Shown: one piece after another, positions 49,826 to 60,495 of the stretch
Layout: every line of letters starts with the position of its first letter
Numbering within the stretch: the first letter of the stretch is position 1
Source: Acidobacteriota bacterium
GTDB lineage: Bacteria > Acidobacteriota > UBA890 > WLXD01
Assembly (NCBI GenBank): GCA_965205505.1
Contig: CBDBHB010000006.1
Coordinates: 434,111-498,110, forward strand
Direction: 5' to 3'
Length of the DNA stretch: 64,000 bases
Made by a program: the position numbers and the translations under genes
The notes under the pieces: generated by a model
Told to the model about the DNA's origin: nothing
The model's database searches: none
What the model saw: only the letters and a program-made list of their open reading frames with translations

Positions 49826-49920
49826 CCCCACCTTCCCCTCAGGGCGAGCCCACGAGACCGAGACGTGGTCGCCTGATGCCCCCGCCAGTATCGCCCCTGT
49901 TCGATCGATTATACGCCCGC

Positions 49921-49969
49921 TTGCACGGCCCCCGCCCGTGTCAGCGCGCTCATCGCTGGGGCCTATAAT
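49921..49969 (+). promoter_or_regulatory. candidate glyA promoter (-10 TATAAT at 49964-49969)
   Basis: A perfect TATAAT lies 56 nt upstream of the glyA ATG. The -35 is poor (gtcagc), so only a weak call. Confidence 0.25.
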
Positions 49970-50025
49970 GGCCGTCTTCGAGCCCAGCCCGACACCATCT
50001 CTGCCGCAGAACCCGGAGCTCCGGA

Positions 50026-51318
50026 ATGGTCGACTCTTCGTTTTCGGCGCCACACACCGGCGCGCGTCTGGCTCGAAGTCTTGTTGAAGTCGACCCCGAG
50101 GTCGCGAGCGTCATTCGCAAGGAAACCGAGAAACAATCGCGCAAATTGGTCATGATCGCCAGCGAGAACTACAGCTCCGAGGCGGTATTGGAGGCGTGTG
50201 CCTCGGTGATGTCGAACAAGTACTCCGAGGGCTATCCAGGCCACCGATACTACGGCGGTTGCGAGTTCGTCGACATGACGGAAACGCTCGCGATCGAGCG
50301 TGCGCAACAACTGTTTGGCGCCGAGCACGCCAATGTTCAGCCGCACAGCGGTACACAAGCGAACATGGCCGTGTACTACGCGGCGCTGCAGCCAGGCGAC
50401 ACGCTGATGGGCATGGGGTTGTCGGAAGGCGGGCATCTGTCGCACGGCCATCGGATGTCGTTCTCAGGCCAGCTGTACAACGTCGTCACTTATGGCGTCG
50501 ACGAGGAAACGGAACTGCTCGACTACGACGCCATGGCGGTGATCGCCCGAGAGCATCGACCCAAGCTCATCGTCGTCGGGTTCTCGGCCTACCCGCGCCA
50601 CATCGACTTCGCCCGTTGCCGGGAGATCGCCGACGATGTCGGCGCCGTACTACACGCCGACATCGCGCACCCGGCCGGGCTGGTGGCAGCGGGACTGCAC
50701 CCCGATCCCTGCCCGCACGCCGACTTCGTCAGCTCGACAACCCACAAGACGTTGCGTGGACCGCGTGGCGGCATCGTGCTGTGCCGCGAGAAGCACGCTG
50801 CTCGGCTCGACCAGGCAGTGTTTCCTGGCCTCCAAGGCGGGCCCTTTCAGCATCTGATCGCCGCCAAGGCAGTCTGCCTGGGGGAGGCTCTGGACGAGAG
50901 CTTCGGCGCGTATGCAGCGCAGATCATCGCCAATGCCAAGGCCCTCGCCGCGGAGTTCAGCAACGCGGGTTTCCACTGTGTGTCGGGCGGCACCGATACG
51001 CATCTTGTTCTCATCGACGTCGGCCAACAGGGTGTCACCGGGAAGGAAGCCGAGGCTTGGCTCGACCAGGCGGGTATCGTGGTCAACAAGAACACGATTC
51101 CGTTCGACCAGCGCTCGCCGTTCGTCACCTCGGGCTTGCGCATCGGCACGCCGGCCACCACCACGCGGGGCCTCACGGAGGAGCACATGCGTCAGATCGT
51201 CGGTTGGATGGCGCGGGTGCTCGAGTCGCGCGGCAACCCGGACGTCATCATCGACGTCGCCGCGCAGGTGGCCGAGCTCACGGACGCCTATCCGATCTAC
51301 GACTGGCGCCTGCAGTAA
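50026..51318 (+). CDS. glyA: serine hydroxymethyltransferase
   Basis: 430 aa. PLP-Lys context TTHKTLRGPRGG, plus ENYSSEAVLEA and SHGHRMSFSG. Confidence 0.9.
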   Translation: MVDSSFSAPHTGARLARSLVEVDPEVASVIRKETEKQSRKLVMIASENYSSEAVLEACASVMSNKYSEGYPGHRYYGGCEFVDMTETLAIERAQQLFGAEHANVQPHSGTQANMAVYYAALQPGDTLMGMGLSEGGHLSHGHRMSFSGQLYNVVTYGVDEETELLDYDAMAVIAREHRPKLIVVGFSAYPRHIDFARCREIADDVGAVLHADIAHPAGLVAAGLHPDPCPHADFVSSTTHKTLRGPRGGIVLCREKHAARLDQAVFPGLQGGPFQHLIAAKAVCLGEALDESFGAYAAQIIANAKALAAEFSNAGFHCVSGGTDTHLVLIDVGQQGVTGKEAEAWLDQAGIVVNKNTIPFDQRSPFVTSGLRIGTPATTTRGLTEEHMRQIVGWMARVLESRGNPDVIIDVAAQVAELTDAYPIYDWRLQ

Positions 51319-51491
51319 GCGAAGCACCGGGCGCGCCGACCGAGCCTGCCGCACCGTGACCGCCAGCCAACGACAGCCAGCCAACGACCACCAGAGTTGG
51401 TGCGTGACCTGCTAAACTAGCCGCGCTGCGGCCGTCGATTCGGGGACATGGGGCTTTCGGCGGCGCCACGAATCTCTCGGGAGGCCATCCG

Positions 51492-52175
51492 ATGAAGATC
51501 TTCCTCGACACCGCGAATATCGACGAGATCCGGGCGGCCGGAGAAACCGGCGTGCTCGATGGAGTGACCACCAACCCGTCACTCGTGGCGAAAGAAGGGC
51601 GCCCGTTTGCGGACGTGATCGCCGAGATCTGCGAGATCGTGGACGGCCCAATCAGTGCCGAGGTGCTGTCGACCGACTACGACGGCATGGTCGACGAGGC
51701 TCGTCGCCTGGCGCCGATGCACGACAACATCGTGGTCAAGATCCCGCTGCTTCGAGAGGGCATCCGCGCCGTGGCGACCCTCTCCCAAGAGGGCATCCGC
51801 ACGAATGTGACGCTCTGTTTCTCGCCCCTGCAAGCACTCCTCGCTGCGAAGGCAGGCGCAACGATCATCTCGCCCTTCGCGGGCCGCCTCGACGACATCG
51901 GGCACGATGGAATGGAGATGGTCCAGCAGATCGTCCAGATGTACGAGAACTACGGCTACGCCACGGAGGTGCTGGTGGGCTCCATACGCAGCCCGAAGCA
52001 TGTTCTCGACGCCGCGCTCATGGGCGCCGACATCGTCACGATACCGACCAAGGTATTCGACTCGATGTTCAAGCACCCACTCACCGACAAGGGGCTCGCC
52101 GCCTTCCTCGCCGACTGGGAAGGGGCGCGAGAGCTCGTGGCCGAACTGGCGCTCCCGGCCGGCGCCGAGGGCTGA
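51492..52175 (+). CDS. fructose-6-phosphate aldolase / transaldolase (MipB-TalC family)
   Basis: [13 protein letters not shown]...GVTTNPSL...VVKIP. About 220 aa. Confidence 0.85.
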   Translation: MKIFLDTANIDEIRAAGETGVLDGVTTNPSLVAKEGRPFADVIAEICEIVDGPISAEVLSTDYDGMVDEARRLAPMHDNIVVKIPLLREGIRAVATLSQEGIRTNVTLCFSPLQALLAAKAGATIISPFAGRLDDIGHDGMEMVQQIVQMYENYGYATEVLVGSIRSPKHVLDAALMGADIVTIPTKVFDSMFKHPLTDKGLAAFLADWEGARELVAELALPAGAEG

Positions 52176-52195
52176 CCGCCCGCGGATCGAACGCC

Positions 52196-53746
52196 GTGTC
52201 GTACGACGACCCAGCAGCCGAGCTCGAACGTCGCCGGCAGAACGCGCGTGCCGGCGGTGGTGAAACTCGCCTGGAGCGCCAGCACAACGCCGGCAAGCTG
52301 AGCGCGCGCGAGCGGCTGGACTACCTGCTCGATTCAGAGTCGTTTCAGGAGCTCGACGTACACGTTCGACACCAATGTAGCGACTTTGGCATCGAGGAGC
52401 GACGAATCGAAGGCGACGGCGTGGTGTCGGGCTTCGGACAAATCGATGGCCGGCTCGTGTACGTGTTCGCACAGGACTTCACGGTCTTCGGCGGCTCGGT
52501 TTCGGAGAGCAACGCCTGGAAGATCTGCAAGGTAATGGACTTGGCGATGAAGACCGGGGCACCGGTCATCGGCCTCAACGACTCCGGCGGGGCCCGGATT
52601 CAGGAGGGCGTCGCGTCGTTGGCCGGTTACTCGGAGATCTTTCTTCGCAATACGCTGGCCTCCGGGGTAATTCCGCAGATTTCGGCAATCATGGGCCCGT
52701 GTGCCGGCGGTGCCGTCTACTCACCGGCGATCACCGATTTCGTCGCCATGGTCGAGGGGAGCTCGTACATGTTTCTGACCGGCCCCGACGTCATCAAGAC
52801 GGTGATGCACGAGGACGTCTCAGCGCAGGACCTGGGCGGCGCAGCAGTTCATAGTGCGCGCAGCGGCGTGGCGCACTTCTCGTCGGCCAACGATCAAGAC
52901 TGCCTGGCGCTGATCCGCGAGCTGCTCTCGTACTTGCCGAGCAACAACCGAGAAGACGCGCCACGATTGGATCCGACGGATGATCCGCGACGCGCGGATG
53001 TCGAGCTCGACGAGCTCGTGCCCGTCGACCCGAACCGCCCATACGACATCGTCGACCTGATCAGCCGCGTCGTTGACCACGGCAACTTCCTGCAGGTACA
53101 CGAGGCCTACGCCCGTAACCTGGTCACCGGGTTCGCTCGATTACACGGCATGCCCGTGGGCATCGTCGCCAACCAGCCAGACCACCTGGCCGGCACGCTG
53201 GACATCGACGCGTCGGTCAAGGGCGCGCGGTTCGTGCGCTTCTGCGATGCCTTCAACATCCCGCTGGTGGTGTTCGAAGACGTGCCGGGCTTTCTGCCGG
53301 GCACAGAGCAGGAATTCGCCGGCATAATCAAGCACGGTGCCAAGCTGCTCTACGCTTTCGCCGAAGCCACGGTTCCGAAGCTGACCGTGATCACCCGGAA
53401 GGCCTACGGCGGTGCCTACTGCGTGATGGCTTCGAAGCACATCCGCACCGACGTGAATTTCGCCTACCCGGCGGCAGAGATCGCAGTGATGGGTTCGGAA
53501 GGCGCGGTAAACGTGTTGTTCCGCCGCGAGCTCGCGGCCGCCGAGGATGCGGAGGCGCTACGGGCAACCAAGGTGAAGGAGTTTCGCGACAAGTTTGCCA
53601 ATCCCTACGTAGCCGCCGAGCGCGGTTGGATCGATGAGGTGATTCACCCTCGCGATACTCGGCCGAGGCTCATTCGTGCACTTCTGGCGCTCGATACCAA
53701 GGCCGACAGCAACCCTCCCAAGAAGCACGGCAACATACCGCTCTAG
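52196..53746 (+). CDS. acyl-CoA carboxylase carboxyltransferase (beta) subunit (propionyl-CoA / methylmalonyl-CoA type)
   Basis: 516 aa. Carboxyltransferase N- and C-domains (MGPCAGGAVYSPAITDFV, ITRKAYGGAYCVM). Confidence 0.85.
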   Translation: MSYDDPAAELERRRQNARAGGGETRLERQHNAGKLSARERLDYLLDSESFQELDVHVRHQCSDFGIEERRIEGDGVVSGFGQIDGRLVYVFAQDFTVFGGSVSESNAWKICKVMDLAMKTGAPVIGLNDSGGARIQEGVASLAGYSEIFLRNTLASGVIPQISAIMGPCAGGAVYSPAITDFVAMVEGSSYMFLTGPDVIKTVMHEDVSAQDLGGAAVHSARSGVAHFSSANDQDCLALIRELLSYLPSNNREDAPRLDPTDDPRRADVELDELVPVDPNRPYDIVDLISRVVDHGNFLQVHEAYARNLVTGFARLHGMPVGIVANQPDHLAGTLDIDASVKGARFVRFCDAFNIPLVVFEDVPGFLPGTEQEFAGIIKHGAKLLYAFAEATVPKLTVITRKAYGGAYCVMASKHIRTDVNFAYPAAEIAVMGSEGAVNVLFRRELAAAEDAEALRATKVKEFRDKFANPYVAAERGWIDEVIHPRDTRPRLIRALLALDTKADSNPPKKHGNIPL

Positions 53747-53897
53747 ACCACTAGCAGGACGGGGGCGCTCAAAAAACCTCGACGAAACACGCCGGCCGGG
53801 GCTCTTACCGTGCAGAGAACGCGTTGTGCCCGGGCGCGGGAAGCGTTCGGTGGGCCTGCGCTCGGGTGCACGCGCGCTCCGCACGGGAGGCAGTACG

Positions 53898-55286
53898 ATG
53901 CACCGGCAGGCACGGAGCGCTGCTACTGGGACGTCGATCGCGGCGATCCTGACCGTGACGGTGCTGACCCCACGAGTGCAACTCAGCACCGAGGACATCG
54001 CGTCAGCCGCACCCACGGTGCAGCTAGCGGCGACCGAGGCGGCGCAAATCGAGCTCGGTGCGCTGGTCAGCACCTTCGAGGAGCTCTCCGGAGCTCCGCA
54101 ACGACGCGCCGACCTGGGCTGTCGCGACCTGCGCTCCCAACGATGTCAGGTGAACCTCGCTCGCGTGGGTGCGCTGTATGTTGATCTGCTTAGCCGCACG
54201 CGGGGAGTACAGCGACACGCGCTGGAACCATCAGGCAGGATCGATCTCGATGTGCTGGAGTGGCGGTCGCGGCTCGCCGTGGCACGGTACCTCGACCTCG
54301 ACTCCAACGGGTTTGACCAGCTCGGCTACGCGGCGCATATCCTGCGCCACACCGGACAGGAGCGCGACCCCGTTGAGCTCCATGAGCTCGGGCTGCGAGA
54401 GATCGAGCGGATCCGCAAGGCAATGCTGGATCTGGTTCATGCGCAGGATCCTGACGCCGATCTCGACGCGTTTCTCGAGGCAGCCCGAACCGACGGCCGC
54501 CTCTTTGCCGGCTCGCGCGAAGAGCTCAGGTCAATCGCCAGGACGATCGCCGCTCGCATAGAACGCCGACTGGGCTCGGCGTTCAACGGGATTCCGACTG
54601 TCCCCTATAGCATCGAGCTGTTGCGCCGAGGAGAGCGCGGGTTCATGGCCCAGTATCGCCAAGGCAACGAAGGAATCCGGGGTCGGCACGTCGGCTACGT
54701 CCTGCTGAACTCAGATCCTCGCCAGGTACCGCTTTTCGTGCTCGAAGCATTGTTGTTGCACGAAGCCATGCCTGGGCATCACCTACAGGCGACGTGGGCC
54801 ACGGCTCACGCCGAGGACTCCCGCTGGCGTAGGCGCTTCGCGATGACAGCCTTCGTTGAAGGTTGGGGGCTGTATGCCGAGAGCCTCGGAGCTGATCTCG
54901 GCATCTATCGCCACCCCATGACCGAGTTCGGCCGCCTGAACCTGGAAATGTGGCGCGCTATTCGGCTGGTGGTGGACACCGGACTGCACGCCTTTGATTG
55001 GGATCGTCGTCGAGGCGAGGAGCTGTTCCGCAAGCACACCGCGTTACCCGACGAGCAGATCCGCATCGAGGTGCGCCGCTACCAAGAAAACCCTGGCCAG
55101 GCAGTCGCTTACAAGGTGGGTGAGCTGAAGTTTCGCGAACTTCGGGCTGGCGCCGAGAAGGCGCTCGGTGCGGGCTTCGATCTTGGAGCATTTCACGATG
55201 CGGTGCTGGCCCACGGCGCTATTCTGTTGCAGTCGCTCGACGACCAGGTCGACGATTGGGTGGCCACCGCCGCCCAGGGAAGCTAG
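53898..55286 (+). CDS. DUF885 family protein (putative metallopeptidase-like) with signal peptide
   Basis: Start MHRQARSAATGTSIAAILTVTVL. DUF885 hallmark HEAMPGHHLQ and C-terminal conserved block. Confidence 0.7.
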   Translation: MHRQARSAATGTSIAAILTVTVLTPRVQLSTEDIASAAPTVQLAATEAAQIELGALVSTFEELSGAPQRRADLGCRDLRSQRCQVNLARVGALYVDLLSRTRGVQRHALEPSGRIDLDVLEWRSRLAVARYLDLDSNGFDQLGYAAHILRHTGQERDPVELHELGLREIERIRKAMLDLVHAQDPDADLDAFLEAARTDGRLFAGSREELRSIARTIAARIERRLGSAFNGIPTVPYSIELLRRGERGFMAQYRQGNEGIRGRHVGYVLLNSDPRQVPLFVLEALLLHEAMPGHHLQATWATAHAEDSRWRRRFAMTAFVEGWGLYAESLGADLGIYRHPMTEFGRLNLEMWRAIRLVVDTGLHAFDWDRRRGEELFRKHTALPDEQIRIEVRRYQENPGQAVAYKVGELKFRELRAGAEKALGAGFDLGAFHDAVLAHGAILLQSLDDQVDDWVATAAQGS

Positions 55287-55424
55287 TGTCCTGACTCAGG
55301 GCACTAGCAGGCCGAGCTGTCGATCCCGCGAGCATCACCGCAATGCCGCCTCGCCGCTCCGCGCCCCGCCAAGCCCCGGCGGTCGCGTTGGCAGACGACG
55401 GACACGAACGATACCTTTTCGCGC

Positions 55425-56951
55425 ATGAAGGAGATCCAGCGTATCCTCGTTGCGAACCGAGGCGAGATCGCAGTGCGTATCATTCGTGCCTGCCGCGATC
55501 TCGGCATAGAAGCGGTAGCAGTTTACTCGGACGCCGACCGTGAGGCGTTGCATGTTCGCCTGGCGAACCGCGCCTATCGGCTGGGGCCCGCGGCGGCGTC
55601 CGAGTCTTATCTGCGCATCGATCGGTTGATCGCGATCGCCATCGAGGCGAACGCCGATGCGGTGCACCCGGGGTACGGCTTCCTCGCCGAGAATCCCGAC
55701 TTCGCGCGCGCCGTCGGTGATGCCGGCTTGACCTTCATCGGCCCTCGACCCGAGGTCATGGCAGCGGTAGGCGATAAGAACCACGCACGCGAGATCGCCC
55801 GCGAAGTCGGCGCACCGACGGTACCGGGAAGCCCTGGACCCCTCGAAACTACCGACGCGGCCATCGCTGTTGCCGAGCAACTCGGCTACCCGGTGCTGTT
55901 GAAGGCTGTCGCCGGCGGCGGCGGAAAAGGCATGCGCCAAGTAGACGGCCCCGACGAGATGGAATCGGCTTTTCGTGCCGCTACCAGCGAGGCCAGCTCC
56001 GCGTTCGCTGATGGGCGCGTCTACGTCGAGAAGATGATTCTTGAGCCACGCCACGTCGAGATCCAGCTGCTCTGCGACGAGCACGGCAATCGCATCCATC
56101 TGGGTGAGCGCGAGTGCTCGCTGCAACGTCGACACCAAAAGGTTGTTGAAGAAGCTCCATCGCCGGCGCTCGACGACGACCTGCGCGACCAGATGGGTAA
56201 GGCGGCGTTGGCGATCGCCGCCAGGGTCGACTACACGAACGCCGGTACGGTCGAGTTTCTGCTTGATACCGAGGGCAGGTTCTACTTTATCGAGCTCAAC
56301 GCGCGGCTTCAGGTCGAGCATGCCGTCACCGAGATGGTCACCGGCATCGACATCGTCGCGGCCCAGATCGCGGTCGCCCGGGGCGAGCAGCTCCCATGGG
56401 ACCAGCGCGACGTGCGCGTGCGGGGCCACGCCATAGAGTGCCGAATCTACGCCGAGGATCCGTTCAACAATTTCGCCCCGGCACCGGGACGAATCGAGGG
56501 ACTCCGCGCACCCGGCGGTCCTGGAGTGCGCAACGACTCCGCCCTTTACGATGGCTACGAGGTATCGATCTTCTACGATCCGATGATCTCCAAGCTGATC
56601 GTCTGGGGCGCGGATCGCCCGGCCGCGCTGAGCCGCATGCGACGCGCTTTGAAGGAGTACAAGATCGTCGGCATCTCGACGACGATTCCGCTTTTTCAAC
56701 ACATCATGCAGGAGCCAGCATTCCTCGCGGGGAACTTCGATACTGGCTACCTTGATGGCCTTCTCGGCGATTCGGGCCCGCTCGGACCGCGTCATCTTCG
56801 CCATGCGGAGCTCACCGACATTGCCGCGATAAGTGCCGCGTTGCACGCCTTTCGACGCGAGGAGACTCGCGCTTTCCAGCTCCGCAACGGCGGATCGTCG
56901 GCCTGGAAGGTGGCGGGGCGAGAACGAGGCTTGCGGGGAATCCCCCGATGA
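55425..56951 (+). CDS. accC: biotin carboxylase subunit of acetyl/propionyl-CoA carboxylase
   Basis: MKEIQRILVANRGEIAVRIIRAC..., ATP-grasp (LLKAVAGGGGKGMR), EMNTR-type motif ELNARLQVEH. Confidence 0.9.
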   Translation: MKEIQRILVANRGEIAVRIIRACRDLGIEAVAVYSDADREALHVRLANRAYRLGPAAASESYLRIDRLIAIAIEANADAVHPGYGFLAENPDFARAVGDAGLTFIGPRPEVMAAVGDKNHAREIAREVGAPTVPGSPGPLETTDAAIAVAEQLGYPVLLKAVAGGGGKGMRQVDGPDEMESAFRAATSEASSAFADGRVYVEKMILEPRHVEIQLLCDEHGNRIHLGERECSLQRRHQKVVEEAPSPALDDDLRDQMGKAALAIAARVDYTNAGTVEFLLDTEGRFYFIELNARLQVEHAVTEMVTGIDIVAAQIAVARGEQLPWDQRDVRVRGHAIECRIYAEDPFNNFAPAPGRIEGLRAPGGPGVRNDSALYDGYEVSIFYDPMISKLIVWGADRPAALSRMRRALKEYKIVGISTTIPLFQHIMQEPAFLAGNFDTGYLDGLLGDSGPLGPRHLRHAELTDIAAISAALHAFRREETRAFQLRNGGSSAWKVAGRERGLRGIPR

Positions 56952-57481
56952 TCATCGAGGTCGACATCGAGGGTGAAGACGGCGTGCGCCGGTACCGGGT
57001 ACGGCGGGACCGCGGCGCCATCCGTATGTGGCGGCTTTCCGTCGCCGACTCCGATGAAAACGCTTTTGAGGTTCAGATCGATTGGCGGATGCCCGAGCCT
57101 GGCAACTACTCCCTGCTCGTCGACGGCCGCTCATATGATGTACACGTCGACGAGATCGATGAGGACCCCGAGCTGCTGGAGCTGCACCTGCTAGGCGCTG
57201 TGGTCCGCGCGCGGGCCTCGGACGCCCGACGACGCCGAATCGCCCCGACGGGCACCGAACCGGACGGCACGGTCTCTGTGACGGCACCGATGCCGGGGCG
57301 TGTGCTCAAGGTGCTCGCTCCGCGAGGCACCGCGGTAAGGCGAGGTGATGGCATCATCGTTCTCGATGCCATGAAGATGGAGAACGAGCTCAAGGCGCCG
57401 CGCGATGGCACCGTGGTAGACGTGGTCGTCGAAGAAGGGGCGGGCGTGGAGCGCGGCGCCGTCTTGGCGATCATCGAATGA
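56948..57481 (+). CDS. biotin carboxyl carrier protein (biotin/lipoyl attachment domain)
   Basis: C-terminal biotinyl domain with AMKMEN motif. Overlaps the accC stop. Confidence 0.8.
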   Translation: MIIEVDIEGEDGVRRYRVRRDRGAIRMWRLSVADSDENAFEVQIDWRMPEPGNYSLLVDGRSYDVHVDEIDEDPELLELHLLGAVVRARASDARRRRIAPTGTEPDGTVSVTAPMPGRVLKVLAPRGTAVRRGDGIIVLDAMKMENELKAPRDGTVVDVVVEEGAGVERGAVLAIIE

Positions 57482-58287
57482 ACGACGCGATGATCTACGG
57501 CCAGGAGCCACGGCCGTCCGGCCCATTTCGGATGGGCGATTGGTCGGTCGATCCGTCTTCCGGCACCGTCACGTGCGGCCAGGCGGAGGGGCGGTTGGAG
57601 CCCAAGGTCATGGAGGTGCTTCTGCAGCTCGCCGGCCGTCCAGGAGCAGTGCTCTCCAAGAACGAGCTGATCGACGCCGTATGGCCTGACAGCATCGTCG
57701 GCGAAGCAGCGCTGAGCCGCTGTATCTCGGAGCTACGCCGGGCTCTCGGCGACGACGCGCGGGAGCCGCGATACATCGAGACGCTGCCCAAGCGCGGGTA
57801 CCGGCTCCTGGCGGATGTGCGGGCGGTGCCCGTGCGCGAGCCAGCCCGCAACGTAGTCGCACCACCGGTACGCAGTAGGCGGTCGTGGCAAGTGTTGCTG
57901 GCCGGCACGATCGCGGCGGCGCTGTTCGCCGCCTGGTGGGCGGCGCGGCAGCCGGCAAGTGTGCCGGGAAATATCGAATCGCTTGCTGTGTTGCCGCTAC
58001 GGGCGCTCTCGGATGACCCCGAGCAACGGTTCTTTGCAGAGGGACTCACGAACCAGCTGATCACGCAGCTCGCCACGGTGCGGACGCTCCGCGTCGTGTC
58101 GGGCCTGGCGGCGCGTCAGGCACGCGACGCCGACGCGGCACTGGCGTTGCTGGAGATGGCCGCCGAACGACGGTCGTTGCGCCTTGCCGCGATTCTGGAG
58201 GATCCGTATCTGCGTCAGCTACGAGACAAGACCCGCTTCAAAGCGCTTCTCGCAGGGATGGCGCTGCCGCTGGGCGATGATCGGTAG
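57478..58287 (+). CDS. membrane-anchored winged-helix transcriptional regulator (OmpR/PhoB-type DNA-binding domain, CadC/ToxR-like)
   Basis: N-terminal trans_reg_C-type wHTH (…RLEPKVMEVLLQLAGRPGAVLSKNELIDAVWPD…YIETLPKRGYRL), then a TM helix (WQVLLAGTIAAALFAAWW) and an extracytoplasmic tail. Confidence 0.6.
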   Translation: MNDAMIYGQEPRPSGPFRMGDWSVDPSSGTVTCGQAEGRLEPKVMEVLLQLAGRPGAVLSKNELIDAVWPDSIVGEAALSRCISELRRALGDDAREPRYIETLPKRGYRLLADVRAVPVREPARNVVAPPVRSRRSWQVLLAGTIAAALFAAWWAARQPASVPGNIESLAVLPLRALSDDPEQRFFAEGLTNQLITQLATVRTLRVVSGLAARQARDADAALALLEMAAERRSLRLAAILEDPYLRQLRDKTRFKALLAGMALPLGDDR

Positions 58288-58396
58288 ACGAGGATCGTAC
58301 GGTCGTTCCCACCCTGCGCAGGCCTGAGGTGAGCCGGCGGATACAATCCTGGATCACCGACGTCCGCCAGCGCGCCACCATCAGCCGGATGTACCC

Positions 58397-59491
58397 GTGA
58401 CCCCACGTTCCGGCGCAAAAGCGCCACTCTCGCTTACCACTCCACCGCCGATCACCGACGGCCACGGCTTCGGTGCCATCGTTGGTCAGGAGTCTGTGAT
58501 TGGCGCACTCCGGCGAGCTCTCAGCAGTGCGCGGCTACCACACACGCTGTTGTTCGCCGGCCCCCCCGGCGTGGGCAAGGCGACCTGCGCAGGCATCGTC
58601 GCGCAGGCGCTCAATTGCGCCGAGCAGGGTCCGGCCGATGCCTGCGGAGAGTGCGTATCGTGCCGGAAGGTCGAGCGCGGCCTGCATCCCGACGTGCTGT
58701 GGATGGCACCAGCGCCTCGTACGGTAGGGATCAAGGCAGTGCGCCGCGCTGCTGCTGCGACGGGCTATCGACCGTACGAAGGCCGCCACCGTGTGGTGGC
58801 GGTGGATGAAGCCCACATGCTCACCACCGAAGCCCAGAATGCGTTCCTCAAGACGCTCGAAGAGCCGCCGGCGTCTTCGGCGATCGTGTTGGTCACGCCG
58901 GCGCCAGGAAGCTTGCTGGCAACCGTTCGGTCGCGGTGCCAGTCGCTGCGCTTCTCACCGTTGCCGCAGTCCCTGGTGCGCGCCTACCTGACTGACAAAC
59001 GCGGTCTCGACCCCGACGAGGCGAGGTTGCGGGCGGCCCTCACCCCGGGAAGCATCGGACGTGCCCTGTGCATCGATCTGGACGGCTACGCGGACCTGCT
59101 CGAGGCGGTGGTCGAGGCGTTGCGATCGGCGCAGCTTGGCGGCGCCGGCGTAATTGCTGCGGCCGAGAGCTTGTCATCGATCGGTACCGGCGAGACGGCG
59201 ACACAGCGGGCAGTCAGCACGTTGGAGGTCGGCCGCGACATCCTCCGCGACCTCCTGGTGGTATCTGCTGGAGGCGCTCGCTCGAGTCTGGTCAACACGG
59301 ATCGATTCGAGGCCTGGAAAGCATGGGCGCAAGACATGGACCCCGACGCGGCGGCTCGAGCGCTCGAGTCGTTGAACGAAGGCATCGATCGGTTGACCAC
59401 AGGTATTCAACCCAACGTAAAGCTGTCACTCGAGCACACGCTGATCGCAGTCGGCGAGCGACTCGATGGCTGCCACGTGCCAGTCTCATGA
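58397..59491 (+). CDS. holB: DNA polymerase III subunit delta'
   Basis: AAA+ Walker A-like PHTLLFAGPPGVGK, zinc module CGECVSCRK, and sensor motifs. Confidence 0.8.
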   Translation: MTPRSGAKAPLSLTTPPPITDGHGFGAIVGQESVIGALRRALSSARLPHTLLFAGPPGVGKATCAGIVAQALNCAEQGPADACGECVSCRKVERGLHPDVLWMAPAPRTVGIKAVRRAAAATGYRPYEGRHRVVAVDEAHMLTTEAQNAFLKTLEEPPASSAIVLVTPAPGSLLATVRSRCQSLRFSPLPQSLVRAYLTDKRGLDPDEARLRAALTPGSIGRALCIDLDGYADLLEAVVEALRSAQLGGAGVIAAAESLSSIGTGETATQRAVSTLEVGRDILRDLLVVSAGGARSSLVNTDRFEAWKAWAQDMDPDAAARALESLNEGIDRLTTGIQPNVKLSLEHTLIAVGERLDGCHVPVS

Positions 59492-60495
59492 GACCCTTTC
59501 TGGGCTGTAGCATGGGCGATCCCGCCGGGATCGGCCCGCAGATCCTGCTCCGCGCAGCTGCCGAGCTCGCGACTGCCGATTGCCTCCTTATCGGTGATGC
59601 TGCCGTATTCTCCAAGCACGCGGAATGCGCCGGTTTGAACCCTGATAGCTTCCGCGTGATCGACGGGATCGACGCCGCGCAGCGCGCCCGCAGCACGGGT
59701 GATCGCGGTCCGTGGATGCTCCCGTGCACCGCCGCCGCGGAGGGCTTCCGCCCCGGGCACGCGCAAGGAACGCAGGGCCCCGCGGCGCTCGACAGCATTA
59801 ACCAGGGCGAGCGCCTGGTACGCAGCGGTGAGGTCGACGCCCTGGTCACTGCCCCGGTCAACAAAGACCTCATCGCTACTGTTGAGCCGCGCTTCCGAGG
59901 ACATACCGAGTACCTTGCTGAGCGCGCCGGCGTGGACACACCGATCATGCTCTTCGCCGGGCCTCGCCCGCACATCGCATTGCTCACCACCCATCTGCCC
60001 ACCGCAACCGCGATCTCCCTCATTCGAACCGACTCCGTCGATGCGATGCTGCGCAGGTTGCACATGCGGTGGGCGTCGTGCTTCGGGAAACCCCCGGTCA
60101 TCGGCGTCGCGGCGCTCAATCCGCACGCCGGCGAGCAGGGACGGCTGGGCACCGAAGAAGCCCGCATTCTGTATCCGGCCATCGCCGCCACCCGTGCCGA
60201 CGGCATCGATGCTCGAGGCCCCTATGCCGCCGACTCCATCTTCCTCCGCTCTGAGCTCGACGTGATTCTCGCGCTCTACCATGACCAGGGCACCATCCTG
60301 GCGAAGCGCGCGCCCTGGCCCACGGTGAACCTGACGCTGGGCCTGCCTTACATTCGCACCTCGCCGGATCACGGCACGGCGTACGACCTTGCGGCATCCG
60401 GTACGGCCGATCATCGACCGATACTGGCGGCGATGGAGCTGGCGGCCGAACTAGCGAGGGGTGGAGGGGGGCGGAGAACACACCCATCCCCTTAG
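59488..60495 (+). CDS. pdxA: 4-hydroxythreonine-4-phosphate dehydrogenase
   Basis: Start MRPFLGCSMGDPAGIGP in an ATGA overlap with holB. PdxA motifs (HTEYL, NPHAGE). The last 9 codons are supplied by an inverted-repeat element. Confidence 0.85.
   Translation: MRPFLGCSMGDPAGIGPQILLRAAAELATADCLLIGDAAVFSKHAECAGLNPDSFRVIDGIDAAQRARSTGDRGPWMLPCTAAAEGFRPGHAQGTQGPAALDSINQGERLVRSGEVDALVTAPVNKDLIATVEPRFRGHTEYLAERAGVDTPIMLFAGPRPHIALLTTHLPTATAISLIRTDSVDAMLRRLHMRWASCFGKPPVIGVAALNPHAGEQGRLGTEEARILYPAIAATRADGIDARGPYAADSIFLRSELDVILALYHDQGTILAKRAPWPTVNLTLGLPYIRTSPDHGTAYDLAASGTADHRPILAAMELAAELARGGGGRRTHPSP

Noticed and set aside
51319-51491. Short direct repeat cagccaacgac x2 downstream of glyA
   Set aside because: It is only two 11-nt copies in a spacer. 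It is too short and too isolated to call a repeat element or regulatory site.
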